Shown: positions 8,861 through 17,302 of the stretch, in pieces
Numbering within the stretch: the first letter of the stretch is position 1
Layout of the letters: every line of letters begins with the position of its first letter
The notes under the pieces: model-generated
Database searches by the model: none
The model's input: only the letters and a program-made list of their open reading frames with translations
Told to the model about the DNA's origin: nothing
Virus record (IMG/VR): IMGVR_UViG_3300025310_000004
Coordinates: 1 to 59,758 of that record
Direction: 5' to 3' (one strand)
DNA from: a virus
Taxonomy: Duplodnaviria; Heunggongvirae; Uroviricota; Caudoviricetes
Length of the DNA stretch: 59,758 nucleotides
Made by a program: the position numbers and the translations under genes

Positions 8861-8999
8861 GTCCGTCAGAGGGCGACGCACGAAAGCAGCGCCGACCAAA
8901 GCCCGGAGGCCGCTCGCTATAGAGCGCCGGGTGCCCCGAGAGAGACAAGCGTGCGTCACTCTCTCGGGGTCGCCACCCACCGACGAAAGGAGACACACC

Positions 9000-9260
9000 A
9001 TGCACGTCAACGAGATCGACAACCGGCTCCTCAAGGCTCAGCGGCTCTTGGCCCACATCGACGGGTCCATGCCGGGCGCATCGGCGGCCACGCTGTCGCT
9101 GCTGAGCGACGAGTCCTGGGCCTACCTCGCCACCGAGGCGGGAGAGAAGGCCGCCCCGTCGAAGTCCACGGTCATGACCATCATCGCCATGGTCCGCGGC
9201 CGGGAGATCGCGGTGGACGCCATCCGCGCTTCGCTCGCCACCCCCAAGGGTGTGCGATGA
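9000..9260 (+). CDS. Hypothetical protein
   Basis: CGACGAAAGGAG RBS. Confidence 0.7.
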   Translation: MHVNEIDNRLLKAQRLLAHIDGSMPGASAATLSLLSDESWAYLATEAGEKAAPSKSTVMTIIAMVRGREIAVDAIRASLATPKGVR

Positions 9261-9616
9261 GCGGGCGCACTATCTACTCGTTCGTGCCCACCGGGCGGCC
9301 CAACATCGAGGTCACCGCCATCGACTACCACCGCAACGGTGTGTCGGGGCGAGGCTTCCACGTCGTGCTGTTCACCGAGGTCATCGAGGGCAAGCCCCGC
9401 ACCTTCCTGGGCATCGTGCCGGGTCGGCCCGAGCCGGGTGAGTGCTTCGTGCTCGACGCCGACATGGTGGGCGAGCACAACATCGCCTTCGGGGAGAACT
9501 CCTGGCGAGGCGACCACTACGAGGAGGCGCTGATCGAGGCCATCAAGGCCCACCAGCGCGCCGAGTGGGAGCGCATCATCGGCAAGCCCTACCCCGGCGA
9601 CGACATCGAGGTCTAG
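9257..9616 (+). CDS. Phage hypothetical protein
   Basis: ATGA overlap, YHRNGVSG motif. Confidence 0.7.
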   Translation: MSGRTIYSFVPTGRPNIEVTAIDYHRNGVSGRGFHVVLFTEVIEGKPRTFLGIVPGRPEPGECFVLDADMVGEHNIAFGENSWRGDHYEEALIEAIKAHQRAEWERIIGKPYPGDDIEV

Positions 9617-9960
9617 GCGTTCATGCGGGTGTTCAGGTACCCCTGGGCACCCGCAACGCCGAAGGTCGTCAGGACCCCCTCGGTGCCCAACTCCCAGGGC
9701 ACCGTCTGGGTCCAGGCGCAGACCACGGCCAGTGACACCCAGAACCCGAGACACCATGTGCAGGTGAGCAGGTCACCGATCTTGCCCCGCACCCACGAGC
9801 GGTCGTTGCCGTCGGAGTCGTAGGCGAAGTGGTCAACCCTCACCGACATCGCTGATCCTGAGTCCGGGCCGAAGCCCATGAGGGAGTCCTTCACGAAGAA
9901 CCGGGTGATGCGGTACGCAGCGAGTGCCAACACCACCAACTCGATCGGCTCAAGCATCAA
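9613..9960 (-). CDS. DUF1360-family membrane protein
   Basis: LALAAYRITR...D, GDLLTCTWCLGFW. Confidence 0.75.
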   Translation of the reverse strand: MMLEPIELVVLALAAYRITRFFVKDSLMGFGPDSGSAMSVRVDHFAYDSDGNDRSWVRGKIGDLLTCTWCLGFWVSLAVVCAWTQTVPWELGTEGVLTTFGVAGAQGYLNTRMNA

Positions 9961-10255
9961 GCCCTCGCTCCTTCTGGATCATCGCCTTGGCCGCTCGGCC
10001 GCCGCGCTCGATGGGTAGAGGCCCATCCACGAGGTCAACGCCCTCTTGGGCCAACTCGACCGGCAGCCGTCCGGTGAGCGCAGCCCAGCGCACCACCGTG
10101 TCTCGGTTCCAGGCTCGGCCGCCGTTGACCGACGGATGGTCAGGGTCGGGCATGAGGCCGCGATAGACCCAGGCGTGAGGGGTCCGCTTGTCCACTCCAA
10201 GCAGGTCCGCAATCTCGACCAGCCCGAGCACTTGGTATCCGTGATCGACAACCAT
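9950..10255 (-). CDS. HTH DNA-binding protein (AlpA/excisionase-like)
   Basis: GLVEIADLLGVDKRTPHAW..RGLMPDPD, leaderless TACTCT-N6-ATG. Confidence 0.7.
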   Translation of the reverse strand: MVVDHGYQVLGLVEIADLLGVDKRTPHAWVYRGLMPDPDHPSVNGGRAWNRDTVVRWAALTGRLPVELAQEGVDLVDGPLPIERGGRAAKAMIQKERGLDA

Positions 10256-10355
10256 GCCACAAGAGTAGTACCTGATCGACAGTTCATGGTGTGGATGGGA
10301 GCCGTTCACATCACCGCGTTATGGTGGGGTTGTCCCCCCTGCAAGTGAGAGAAAG

Positions 10356-10553
10356 ATGCTGAGCCGACTGCTGAACGAGTACGCCACCGACATCGAGCGC
10401 GCCCTTGATGCTGACGACGGACTGGCCGAGGCATACCTGCTGCTGACCGCTAACTCGCTCCGCAACCTCGCTGAGTCGTTGCGCGACGAAGCCCCCCAGC
10501 CCGTGGGCCAGGGGGCGTTCGTCGTGCTGGACTGCCCGGCCTGCGCCGCCTAG
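10356..10553 (+). CDS. Hypothetical protein
   Basis: Purine-rich RBS. Confidence 0.6.
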   Translation: MLSRLLNEYATDIERALDADDGLAEAYLLLTANSLRNLAESLRDEAPQPVGQGAFVVLDCPACAA

Positions 10554-11005
10554 GCGTCCACGTCCTCGTTCTCGCTGGCCTCGGCCAGCGCCACGAACTC
10601 GGCGGGCGAACCCTCCGCGATCGGCGTGCCGAAGCACTTGACCTTGACGACGATGCCGCCCTCGGTGACGTTGGCACCCCAGCCCTCGGTCGGGGTGACC
10701 ACCACGTCGTAGTGGTAGTCCTCGTCGCCGGTCTGGTCGTGGGTCACGCAGTAGAGGCCGCCGGGGTCGTTCTCGCCGCCGTGGGCGTTCTTGATGGCCG
10801 TGAGCAGCCGGACGGCGAGGTCGCCGGGGCCGTTCACGATGGTCGAGCCATCGACGCCACCGGGGATGCCGTTCACGACGGTCTTGCCGATGAGGAAGTT
10901 GGCGAGGTCCTGGCCGTGGCCCGACGGGTAGCCGTCGAACTGCCGGTAGAAGGACAGGATGGGGGTGTCACCGTCGTAGACGGTCGTGGTGGATCGAGTG
11001 CCCAT
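10550..11005 (-). CDS. Conserved phage hypothetical protein
   Basis: MGTRS...YRQFDGYPSGHG motif, strong RBS. Confidence 0.75.
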   Translation of the reverse strand: MGTRSTTTVYDGDTPILSFYRQFDGYPSGHGQDLANFLIGKTVVNGIPGGVDGSTIVNGPGDLAVRLLTAIKNAHGGENDPGGLYCVTHDQTGDEDYHYDVVVTPTEGWGANVTEGGIVVKVKCFGTPIAEGSPAEFVALAEASENEDVDA

Positions 11006-11098
11006 AGGTGGACTCCTTTCGTCGGGGGTTTGCGCCCTTGTGTCTTGCTGTGACCGTATTGTACACCCCGGCCACGGGAGGGCAATGAGCCGTTTGGC

Positions 11099-11287
11099 TC
11101 AATCGCAGGCTTCCCACACCTTGGCGACGTACTCGGCGTCCTCGGTGTAGTAGTTGTCCCCGAGGTTGCCGACGACCTGGGCGATGCGGAGATCGCGCCC
11201 GGATCGGGCCTGGTCGTAGAGCAGCGTCCGCATGGCGGCGAGGAAGCCCTCGATGTGCTCGGGTTGGAGTCGTTCGGGTGTGGTCAT
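11099..11287 (-). CDS. Hypothetical protein
   Basis: CGACGAAAGGAG RBS. Confidence 0.7.
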   Translation of the reverse strand: MTTPERLQPEHIEGFLAAMRTLLYDQARSGRDLRIAQVVGNLGDNYYTEDAEYVAKVWEACD

Positions 11288-11489
11288 GGGTGCTCCTTTC
11301 GTCGGGTTGCCTCCCTACTACACACGACTGTCGAGACAGGATGACATAGGCCGATCGAACTATGAATGTGACGGTTTCGTTGCGGCGTGCCTCACTCCTC
11401 GGGTAAACTGTGTAATACAGCACAACGGCGACCCCCCGGCCAGAAGGGTCGCCGTTGTCGGTTCCAGTCAGCAACCCAGGAGAGAAACC

Positions 11490-12029
11490 ATGAAGGCTCG
11501 ACTCGCTGTTGTCGCCGTACCCATCGTAGCGATGGTGGCGACGCTGTTCGTCATTGGCACCACGGAATCTGCGGGCGACGGTGTTGTCACCGAAGCGGCA
11601 GGGGCGGAACCCACCGTCGTGACCGAAGCGCCGACCACCACGACCACGGTGGACCCCGCAACCCTCGCTGCGTTCTACGAGGCCGTGGCGGCCAGTCAGA
11701 CCACCACGACGATTGCCCCCCCTCCGCCGTCGCCAACCACGCCACCGACGACGGCAGCGCCCGCACCAGCCCCGGCGCAGTACGGCAGCGGAGCCTGTGG
11801 TGGTGACCTCCCGCCTTGCTACGTCATGATGCGCGAGTCGGGCGGCAACATCACCGCCCAGAACCCGACCTCGACGGCCAGCGGCAAGTGGCAGTTCCTC
11901 GACTCGACGTGGGGCGGCTACGGCGGCTACGCCAAGGCTCGCTATGCCCCTGAGTGGGTTCAGGACGAGCGCGCTCGACAGTTGTGGGCCGGTGGCGCTG
12001 GGTGCTCACATTGGAGTGCTTGTTCTTGA
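11490..12029 (+). CDS. Secreted Rpf-like (resuscitation-promoting factor) transglycosylase
   Basis: Signal peptide, T/P/A linker, C-terminal RESGGN...GKWQFLDSTW..YGG...A...Q...A..L....G..HW..C. Confidence 0.85.
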   Translation: MKARLAVVAVPIVAMVATLFVIGTTESAGDGVVTEAAGAEPTVVTEAPTTTTTVDPATLAAFYEAVAASQTTTTIAPPPPSPTTPPTTAAPAPAPAQYGSGACGGDLPPCYVMMRESGGNITAQNPTSTASGKWQFLDSTWGGYGGYAKARYAPEWVQDERARQLWAGGAGCSHWSACS

Positions 12030-12206
12030 GAAGATGTCGTTCCTCAATTGTTGAGCCAGCCAGCGTTCCAGGTCGGCGCACTCCCGTGAGGATTCGCTGA
12101 ACATCACAGCAGCAGTACGGTAGTCGCGGGGGGTCAAGAACCCCCCGCGCTCCGCGTAGCGGCGGCCCAGGTAGGCAAGTGCTGCTCGGTGCCGTGGGGC
12201 ACTCAC
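12006..12206 (-). CDS. Hypothetical protein
   Basis: GTGA overlap with the upstream gene. Confidence 0.55.
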   Translation of the reverse strand: MSAPRHRAALAYLGRRYAERGGFLTPRDYRTAAVMFSESSRECADLERWLAQQLRNDIFSRTSTPM

Positions 12207-12415
12207 TCGTCGTCCAGCGGACCGAACACGATGCCGGGGTCGAGAACCTCGGCCGCTTGATCCTGGATGTCGTCGAGAAGGTGGATCAGCCCGTTCAGGT
12301 GTTCCACGATCAGGTCATCCATCTCGTCGTCGGCCATGTCGATCAGGCTGACGAGCGTCGCCTTCTGCGCCCGGAGTAGGTCCAGGTCCACGTTGATGTC
12401 GATGGCGAGGTTCAC
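12203..12415 (-). CDS. Acidic hypothetical protein
   Basis: GAGGAGG RBS inside the upstream micro-ORF. Confidence 0.7.
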   Translation of the reverse strand: MNLAIDINVDLDLLRAQKATLVSLIDMADDEMDDLIVEHLNGLIHLLDDIQDQAAEVLDPGIVFGPLDDE

Positions 12416-12462
12416 TCGTCCTCCTCCTCAGCCTCGGCGTTGGCGTTGGCGATCTTGTCCAT
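12412..12462 (-). CDS. 16-aa micro-ORF MDKIANANAEAEEEDE
   Basis: CGACGAAAGGAG RBS, stop overlaps the next GTG. Confidence 0.55.
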   Translation of the reverse strand: MDKIANANAEAEEEDE

Positions 12463-12499
12463 GTGAATCTCCTTTCGTCGGGGGTATGCCCTATTATCA

Positions 12500-12519
12500 C
12501 CCCCCGGCGAACCGGGGGG
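12500..12519 (-). terminator. GC hairpin with UUCG loop after the gam-like gene
   Basis: CCCCCCGG-TTCG-CCGGGGGG. Confidence 0.6.
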
Positions 12520-12536
12520 CAATAGGTCGAACGGCT

Positions 12537-13127
12537 CTACTCGGTGATGACCTTGTAGTTCCGCCCGGCGGGCAGCACGCGCAGACCAGGGACCGGAGCG
12601 CCGTCGTGGGTGAGCACGGCGTCGGAGGTACCGGCCACCTTGAGGGCTTCGGCGGCCTCGGCCTTGAGCAACTTCTTGACCTCGGTCTTGACGACCTTGG
12701 GTGCAGGCGGCGGCGGGGGGTCCGCAATGACCTGGGGCATGTTCTCGACGGCCCAGGCGGTGAACGCCTCCTCGTCGTAGAACTCCCACGTCGGCTGGGT
12801 GGCGGTGGACTTGAGCGTCCCGGCCGGGGTCGGGATGGTCTTGGCCTCGGGGTCGCTGGCGAGGGTCACCCGGTGGTACATCGCCAGGGCCTCCTCGAAC
12901 CACGCCTCCTGCTCGGCCAGAGCGCCCAGGCGCTCGTTCAGCCGATCGTTCAGCCGCTTGATGGCCGCAGCGTGGGCAGCCAGGTACTCGTCGCGCAGAC
13001 GACGCACTCGGGCGACCTGGGCGACCCATTGGGTGGCCTGGTCGAGATCGAGAGCGGGGGTGGGCTCGGCGTCGAAGTCAGGGGCCTCCCCTGCCAGCGC
13101 CTCATCGAACTCGTCGGTGATAGTCAT
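12537..13127 (-). CDS. gam: Mu Gam-like host-nuclease inhibitor (DNA end-binding) protein
   Basis: Coiled-coil N-half then KTIPTPAGTLKS...QPTWEFYDEEAFTAWA. Confidence 0.7.
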   Translation of the reverse strand: MTITDEFDEALAGEAPDFDAEPTPALDLDQATQWVAQVARVRRLRDEYLAAHAAAIKRLNDRLNERLGALAEQEAWFEEALAMYHRVTLASDPEAKTIPTPAGTLKSTATQPTWEFYDEEAFTAWAVENMPQVIADPPPPPAPKVVKTEVKKLLKAEAAEALKVAGTSDAVLTHDGAPVPGLRVLPAGRNYKVITE

Positions 13128-13160
13128 AGGTGTTCTCCTCTCGGTCGGGGTTACGAGAGT

Positions 13161-13182
13161 ATGATACACCCTAGGTGTGACA
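13161..13182 (-). promoter_or_regulatory. Phage promoter TGTCACACC-N7-TATCAT with adjacent TTGACT
   Basis: Box lies directly after a -35-like hexamer. Confidence 0.75.
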
Positions 13183-13184
13183 AG

Positions 13185-13496
13185 TCAAGAGGAATCTCGA
13201 CGTGACTCCACGACGTAGCCGGAACGAGGGCCACCATGGCGACGCAGCATCTCCTGGGCCTCGGCCAAAGTGTTGTAGGCCTCCTCGGTCCCGTCCGGTG
13301 CCTTGACGTAGTAGCGCATCCGGTTGAACGGGCGAGGGCTGTTGGCCTCGGGCATCTCGCGGGCGGTCGAGCGCACCCTGGTCTTGACCGGCGTGCGCCG
13401 GGCCTCGGCCTGTCGTGGCACGCCACTGGCCGGGGCGGTCGCTGCGATGCGAGCGCCGGACGCCGCGTTGCGCTTGTTGCCGCAGTTGCATCCCAT
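13185..13496 (-). CDS. Hypothetical protein (MGCNCG N-terminus)
   Basis: GAGGAG RBS. Confidence 0.7.
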   Translation of the reverse strand: MGCNCGNKRNAASGARIAATAPASGVPRQAEARRTPVKTRVRSTAREMPEANSPRPFNRMRYYVKAPDGTEEAYNTLAEAQEMLRRHGGPRSGYVVESRRDSS

Positions 13497-13541
13497 GAGA
13501 GTCTCCTCGGGTGGTGGGGGCCGTTTCCGACCCCCACCATC

Positions 13542-13949
13542 CTAAGCGTTGAGTGTGGCGATGAAGATGGAGTCCTCTCGGTGTCCATCGTCATCGTCTG
13601 CTGTGGCCGCGGCCCGCTGGGCGAGCACACGGTCGATCTGCTTCCAAGCCTCGGCCAACTCCTTGTCGGAGGCTTCCCTCAGTGCCATCCATCGCTCGGG
13701 CCACACCAGCATCGGGTGCAGTCCGAGTCGGACCGCAGCGACATCAGCCGAGTCCCAGGGGATGTAGCCGTTGGCGCGCCACCGTCCGATGGTGACGCCG
13801 GGCTTGCCGACCATCGCACCGAACGCTCGGTCCGACCATTCGCGGTCCTCGTCGGCAGGCTTCCACCGTTGGCGCGCAAGGGCTTCCAGGGGTGCAAGGG
13901 GGAACTTGTCGGGGGGCACGTCGGGGTACCCATCGTTGATCTGGTCCAT
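13542..13949 (-). CDS. Putative HTH DNA-binding protein
   Basis: DRAFGAMVGKPGVTIGRWRANG..P...AD..A..LGLHP..VW, strong RBS. Confidence 0.65.
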   Translation of the reverse strand: MDQINDGYPDVPPDKFPLAPLEALARQRWKPADEDREWSDRAFGAMVGKPGVTIGRWRANGYIPWDSADVAAVRLGLHPMLVWPERWMALREASDKELAEAWKQIDRVLAQRAAATADDDDGHREDSIFIATLNA

Positions 13950-14016
13950 GTGATCTCCTTTCGTCGGGGTGGATTGCTCCGCCAGGGAACGTAGCACACG
14001 TCATACCCCCACACAA

Positions 14017-14060
14017 TGATCCGAATAGACTATTCCCCTGTCGTCCCCATGGTGTATGAT
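14017..14060 (+). promoter_or_regulatory. Composite phage promoter
   Basis: TGATCCGAATAGACTATT then TGTCGTCCC-N7-TATGAT. Confidence 0.7.
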
Positions 14061-14089
14061 CTTCTCGTACCCGACGAAAGGAGATACCC

Positions 14090-14716
14090 ATGGCAACGAT
14101 CGCAACGACCTACAAGATGCAGGTGCCCGACACGGACCTCTGGTTCGAGCCGAGCGGCCCGCTGCCCGAAGCCCACGACGAGGTGTGGGCGGCCACGCTG
14201 GACAACGATCCCGACGGCGACGCCTACCGCGTCGCGTGGCTCGTCCACGACCACTACCAGGACGACTACGAGTGGGACGACCCCACCACCGAGCCGACGC
14301 AGTGGGTCAACGGCGTGTTCCGTGACTTCCGCAACTCCTACCACGGTGGCGGCCAGGAGGCTCGTGACGCCTTCTACGCCGAGATGGTGGAACTCGTAGG
14401 CGAGGATCGGGTGTTCATCGTGGATGTCTACTCCCACGGCCTCGATCACTTCTCGGTGTCGCAGTCGCGGTGGTACCCCGACCGTCAGTGGGACGTGGCT
14501 CCCGCGTGCATCCTCGCGGTGCCGCCGGACGTGACCAACCCCATGGAGTGGGCCAACGGTGTGCTCGACACCTACTCGTCGTGGGCCAACGGCGACTGCT
14601 GGCTCATCGTGACCAACTACCTCGCTGCGGACGGCACCGTCACCAGCGACGACATCCTCGGTGGCTACATCGGCCGGGAGCAGGCTGAGGAGGCTGCTCG
14701 GACCGGCTGCTACTGA
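14090..14716 (+). CDS. Hypothetical protein
   Basis: CGACGAAAGGAG RBS, 208 aa. Confidence 0.75.
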   Translation: MATIATTYKMQVPDTDLWFEPSGPLPEAHDEVWAATLDNDPDGDAYRVAWLVHDHYQDDYEWDDPTTEPTQWVNGVFRDFRNSYHGGGQEARDAFYAEMVELVGEDRVFIVDVYSHGLDHFSVSQSRWYPDRQWDVAPACILAVPPDVTNPMEWANGVLDTYSSWANGDCWLIVTNYLAADGTVTSDDILGGYIGREQAEEAARTGCY

Positions 14717-14916
14717 GCCTGGGTGAAGTAGAGGGCGACCAGCCCGGAGTGCAGCGCGACGGCCATCGACTCCGCTGCCTCCGGGCTGAACCCTCGCTCG
14801 ATGGCGTTGGCTCGATGGGCGGCGGCGGTGTCGAGGAACAGGGAGAAGGCGACATCGGGGGCCAGTTCGACGGCCTCACCAACGATGTCCCCCAGGTCGA
14901 ACTCGATGCCATCCAT
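14710..14916 (-). CDS. Hypothetical protein
   Basis: Leaderless, TAGGGT-N7-ATG. Confidence 0.6.
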   Translation of the reverse strand: MDGIEFDLGDIVGEAVELAPDVAFSLFLDTAAAHRANAIERGFSPEAAESMAVALHSGLVALYFTQAQ

Positions 14917-14926
14917 GGCGGCCACC

Positions 14927-15097
14927 CTAGCGCCGAAGCGCCAGGGCAGCGGCCCGGATGTCGAGGAGGTGGTCGGCCATCTCGTCGGCCGACACCAGGG
15001 ACCGGCTGGCGCACTCGGCCAGCGTCGAGTCGATGAGCGCGAGCAGAAGGACCAACTCCGGGTTCACCAGCGTCGCATCCTCTGCCGCCACATCCAT
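14927..15097 (-). CDS. Hypothetical protein
   Basis: Leaderless, TACCAT-N7-ATG. Confidence 0.55.
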   Translation of the reverse strand: MDVAAEDATLVNPELVLLLALIDSTLAECASRSLVSADEMADHLLDIRAAALALRR

Positions 15098-15114
15098 GGA
15101 GCCCATGGTACCGC

Positions 15115-15495
15115 TCACGACAGAGCCGCCTGAGCGTCCATGGCCGCGTCGGTGCGGAAGGCCGCGACGTACAGGTAGCCGCCGGACCCCATGGGGTTCG
15201 CCACGATCTTGATGCCCAGGTCGTCCACCAGCACCGTGTCGAGCATGGAGGTGGTGTTGATGGTGCCGTCGAGGATGCGGTCGCGGATCAGCGCGAACAA
15301 CTCGGCCGGGGGGCACGCGTGTGCCATGCGGTCGAGCAGGTCGTCACGGTCGCCGTCACCAGCGCAGCCCTGTCGGTCGGGCGGGAGATCGACGTGGCCG
15401 TTCATGTTGATGATGAACCGAGCGCCCCAGGCGACATCGACATCGGCCGGGACGGCCTCGCTGAGTCCGAAGGGCAGGGTCAGGGTGTTGGTCAT
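15115..15495 (-). CDS. Hypothetical protein
   Basis: AAAGGAG RBS, own promoter. Confidence 0.7.
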   Translation of the reverse strand: MTNTLTLPFGLSEAVPADVDVAWGARFIINMNGHVDLPPDRQGCAGDGDRDDLLDRMAHACPPAELFALIRDRILDGTINTTSMLDTVLVDDLGIKIVANPMGSGGYLYVAAFRTDAAMDAQAALS

Positions 15496-15523
15496 GGTGT
15501 GCTCCTTTCGTTGTCGTGGTGAC

Positions 15524-15545
15524 ATCATACACCGTAGGTGCGACA
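15524..15545 (-). promoter_or_regulatory. Phage promoter TGTCGCACC-N7-TATGAT
   Basis: Preceded by the GGGCCGAATGACCCAT box. Confidence 0.8.
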
Positions 15546-15555
15546 AACCAATGGG

Positions 15556-15810
15556 TCATTCGGCCCTTCGCTTGGGGGGCTTGATCGAGGAGGTGTTGAT
15601 GCGCTCGGGGTAGAAGGCTCGGGACTGCTCCCGTTGGTGCGAACCACCGAAGCACTCGATCCAGACATCACCCTCGGCGTTAGTCACCGTCTTGATGTAG
15701 CGATAGGTCTTGCCCTTCTCGCCATGGCAGCGGAAGGTCCATCCAACCTCCAATCGCTTGCCGTCATCGAAGGTGTGCTCGTAGGTCGCGGTCCATGTCT
15801 CGGATGTCAT
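15556..15810 (-). CDS. Hypothetical protein
   Basis: Promoter GTTCGCACC-N7-TAGACT at 15820-15841. Confidence 0.65.
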   Translation of the reverse strand: MTSETWTATYEHTFDDGKRLEVGWTFRCHGEKGKTYRYIKTVTNAEGDVWIECFGGSHQREQSRAFYPERINTSSIKPPKRRAE

Positions 15811-15909
15811 AGTGGCACCAGTCTATCACATTGGTGCGAACGGACTATAGACCGTGAGTACGACATCTGGCATGATGTCTCCACCAACCACCGACGAAAG
15901 GAGTCCCCC

Positions 15910-16281
15910 ATGGACCTTGGAGACAGCACCGCAGCAGACCGAGCCAGGCTCGATCAGGTCGCTCGGGAGCGCCTACTCGGAGACATCTTCTCCCAGGGCA
16001 CCCCGGCCGCGATCAACACGACCGACTGCCTGAGCGTGTCGCTCGACACCATCATCGAGTCCCTTCGTGAGAACGAGTGGGGCGACGTGGTGCGGATCGA
16101 GACGCCCCTCGGCGTCCACGGCGTCACCTACGGCACCGACGAGTGCCAGGAGGAGTACGCCACGGTCGGCATGGTGCTCGGCGGGTCCAAGCCCGGTGTC
16201 GATGTCTACGTCGAGATCGAGGACGGCACCTACGGGCAGATGTGCGGCTTCCGCCTCTACCGCGAGGACGTGATGGCGTGA
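15910..16281 (+). CDS. Hypothetical protein
   Basis: CGACGAAAGGAG RBS. Confidence 0.7.
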   Translation: MDLGDSTAADRARLDQVARERLLGDIFSQGTPAAINTTDCLSVSLDTIIESLRENEWGDVVRIETPLGVHGVTYGTDECQEEYATVGMVLGGSKPGVDVYVEIEDGTYGQMCGFRLYREDVMA

Positions 16282-16475
16282 GCGCCGTCGAGACGGAGTG
16301 GCGCGACTACATGGTCACCATGACCGTGCACGTCAACATCCCCATCCACGCAGCCAACCCCAACTTCACGGCCGACGACGCCAAGGAGGCTGCCATCGAC
16401 CATGTGGTGGGGGCGATCGAGTCCTACACCCACGGCGATGCCGAGGTGGCTTCCATCACGGCGGTGGAGGAGTGA
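16278..16475 (+). CDS. Hypothetical protein, paralogue of 16723..16899
   Basis: Shared IHAANP.FTA.DAK...VVGAIESYT.GDAEVA.ITAVEE. Confidence 0.7.
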   Translation: MSAVETEWRDYMVTMTVHVNIPIHAANPNFTADDAKEAAIDHVVGAIESYTHGDAEVASITAVEE

Positions 16476-16726
16476 TGATGCTCTCCATCGCCGTCACCCC
16501 CGACGATCTTCTCGCCTTCGGGTGGGATGACGACTCGGCCCAGCGCCCCGACGACTTCGTTCGGCCGCTGCTGTCGTGCGGTCACTACGACCGCCCGGTG
16601 TTCTTCGCCTCGTCGCAGTGGGACTTCCCCCACGAGGCCCACGTCTGCCCCGTCTGCGGGGAGACTCGTCAGTGGGACCTGCGGGTGCAGGCGGCCATCA
16701 TCGAGGGCTGGAAGGAGGAAGCATGA
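16475..16726 (+). CDS. Zn-ribbon hypothetical protein
   Basis: LSCGH...CPVCG. Confidence 0.65.
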   Translation: MMLSIAVTPDDLLAFGWDDDSAQRPDDFVRPLLSCGHYDRPVFFASSQWDFPHEAHVCPVCGETRQWDLRVQAAIIEGWKEEA

Positions 16727-16899
16727 TCGAGGAACCAACCACCATCCGCGAGGGGCTGGTCAAGCGCATCCACGCAGCGAACCCGACCTTCACGGCCGAG
16801 GACGCCAAGGCCCATGCCGTCGAAGCGGTGGTAGGGGCCATCGAGTCCTACACCAACGGCGATGCCGAGGTTGCTGCGATCACGGCGGTGGAAGAATGA
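16723..16899 (+). CDS. Chimeric hypothetical protein
   Basis: N-terminus like 17299, C-terminus like 16278. Confidence 0.65.
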   Translation: MIEEPTTIREGLVKRIHAANPTFTAEDAKAHAVEAVVGAIESYTNGDAEVAAITAVEE

Positions 16900-16949
16900 T
16901 CGAAGAACCCACCGTCCTGCGGGCGGGACTCATTAAGCGCATTGCGTAG
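16896..16949 (+). pseudogene. 17-aa stub duplicating the N-terminus of 17299..17577
   Basis: MIEEPTVLRAGLIKRIA versus MIEQATTLRAGLLKRVH. Confidence 0.55.
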
Positions 16950-16969
16950 CACTGTGATACGCTGAGCAC

Positions 16970-17302
16970 ATGGAAGAGGTTGCTTGGCTCGCAGGGCTGT
17001 TTGAGGGCGAGGGGTACATCTTCTACGCCAGCCGCAGTTGGCGCATGGGAATCACGATGACGGACGAGGACGTGATCCGTGAGGCCCATCGCGTCGCCGT
17101 CGTGGGGAAGGTCTATGGCCCCTACGAGGGGAAGGGGAATCGCAAGCCATCGTGGAGATGGCAGGTCAGCAACCGCCGAGAGGTCGAACAGGTCGCCATG
17201 ATGATTCGGCCATACCTGTTTGGCCGAAGGAAGCAGCAAGTGGATGAGTGTCTCGGGAACCCCGTACGTCATCCAACCCGACTGAAAGGAGATCAACCAT
17301 GA
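16970..17302 (+). mobile_element. Free-standing single-motif LAGLIDADG homing endonuclease
   Basis: AWLAGLFEGEGYI...ITMTDEDVI...G.VY...K..WRWQVS...PYL..RK, leaderless. Confidence 0.85.

Noticed and set aside
11340-11490. c-di-AMP (ydaO) riboswitch upstream of rpf
   Set aside because: Only a GTCAGC.ACCC-like 3' fragment is present. The conserved 5' elements are not seen.
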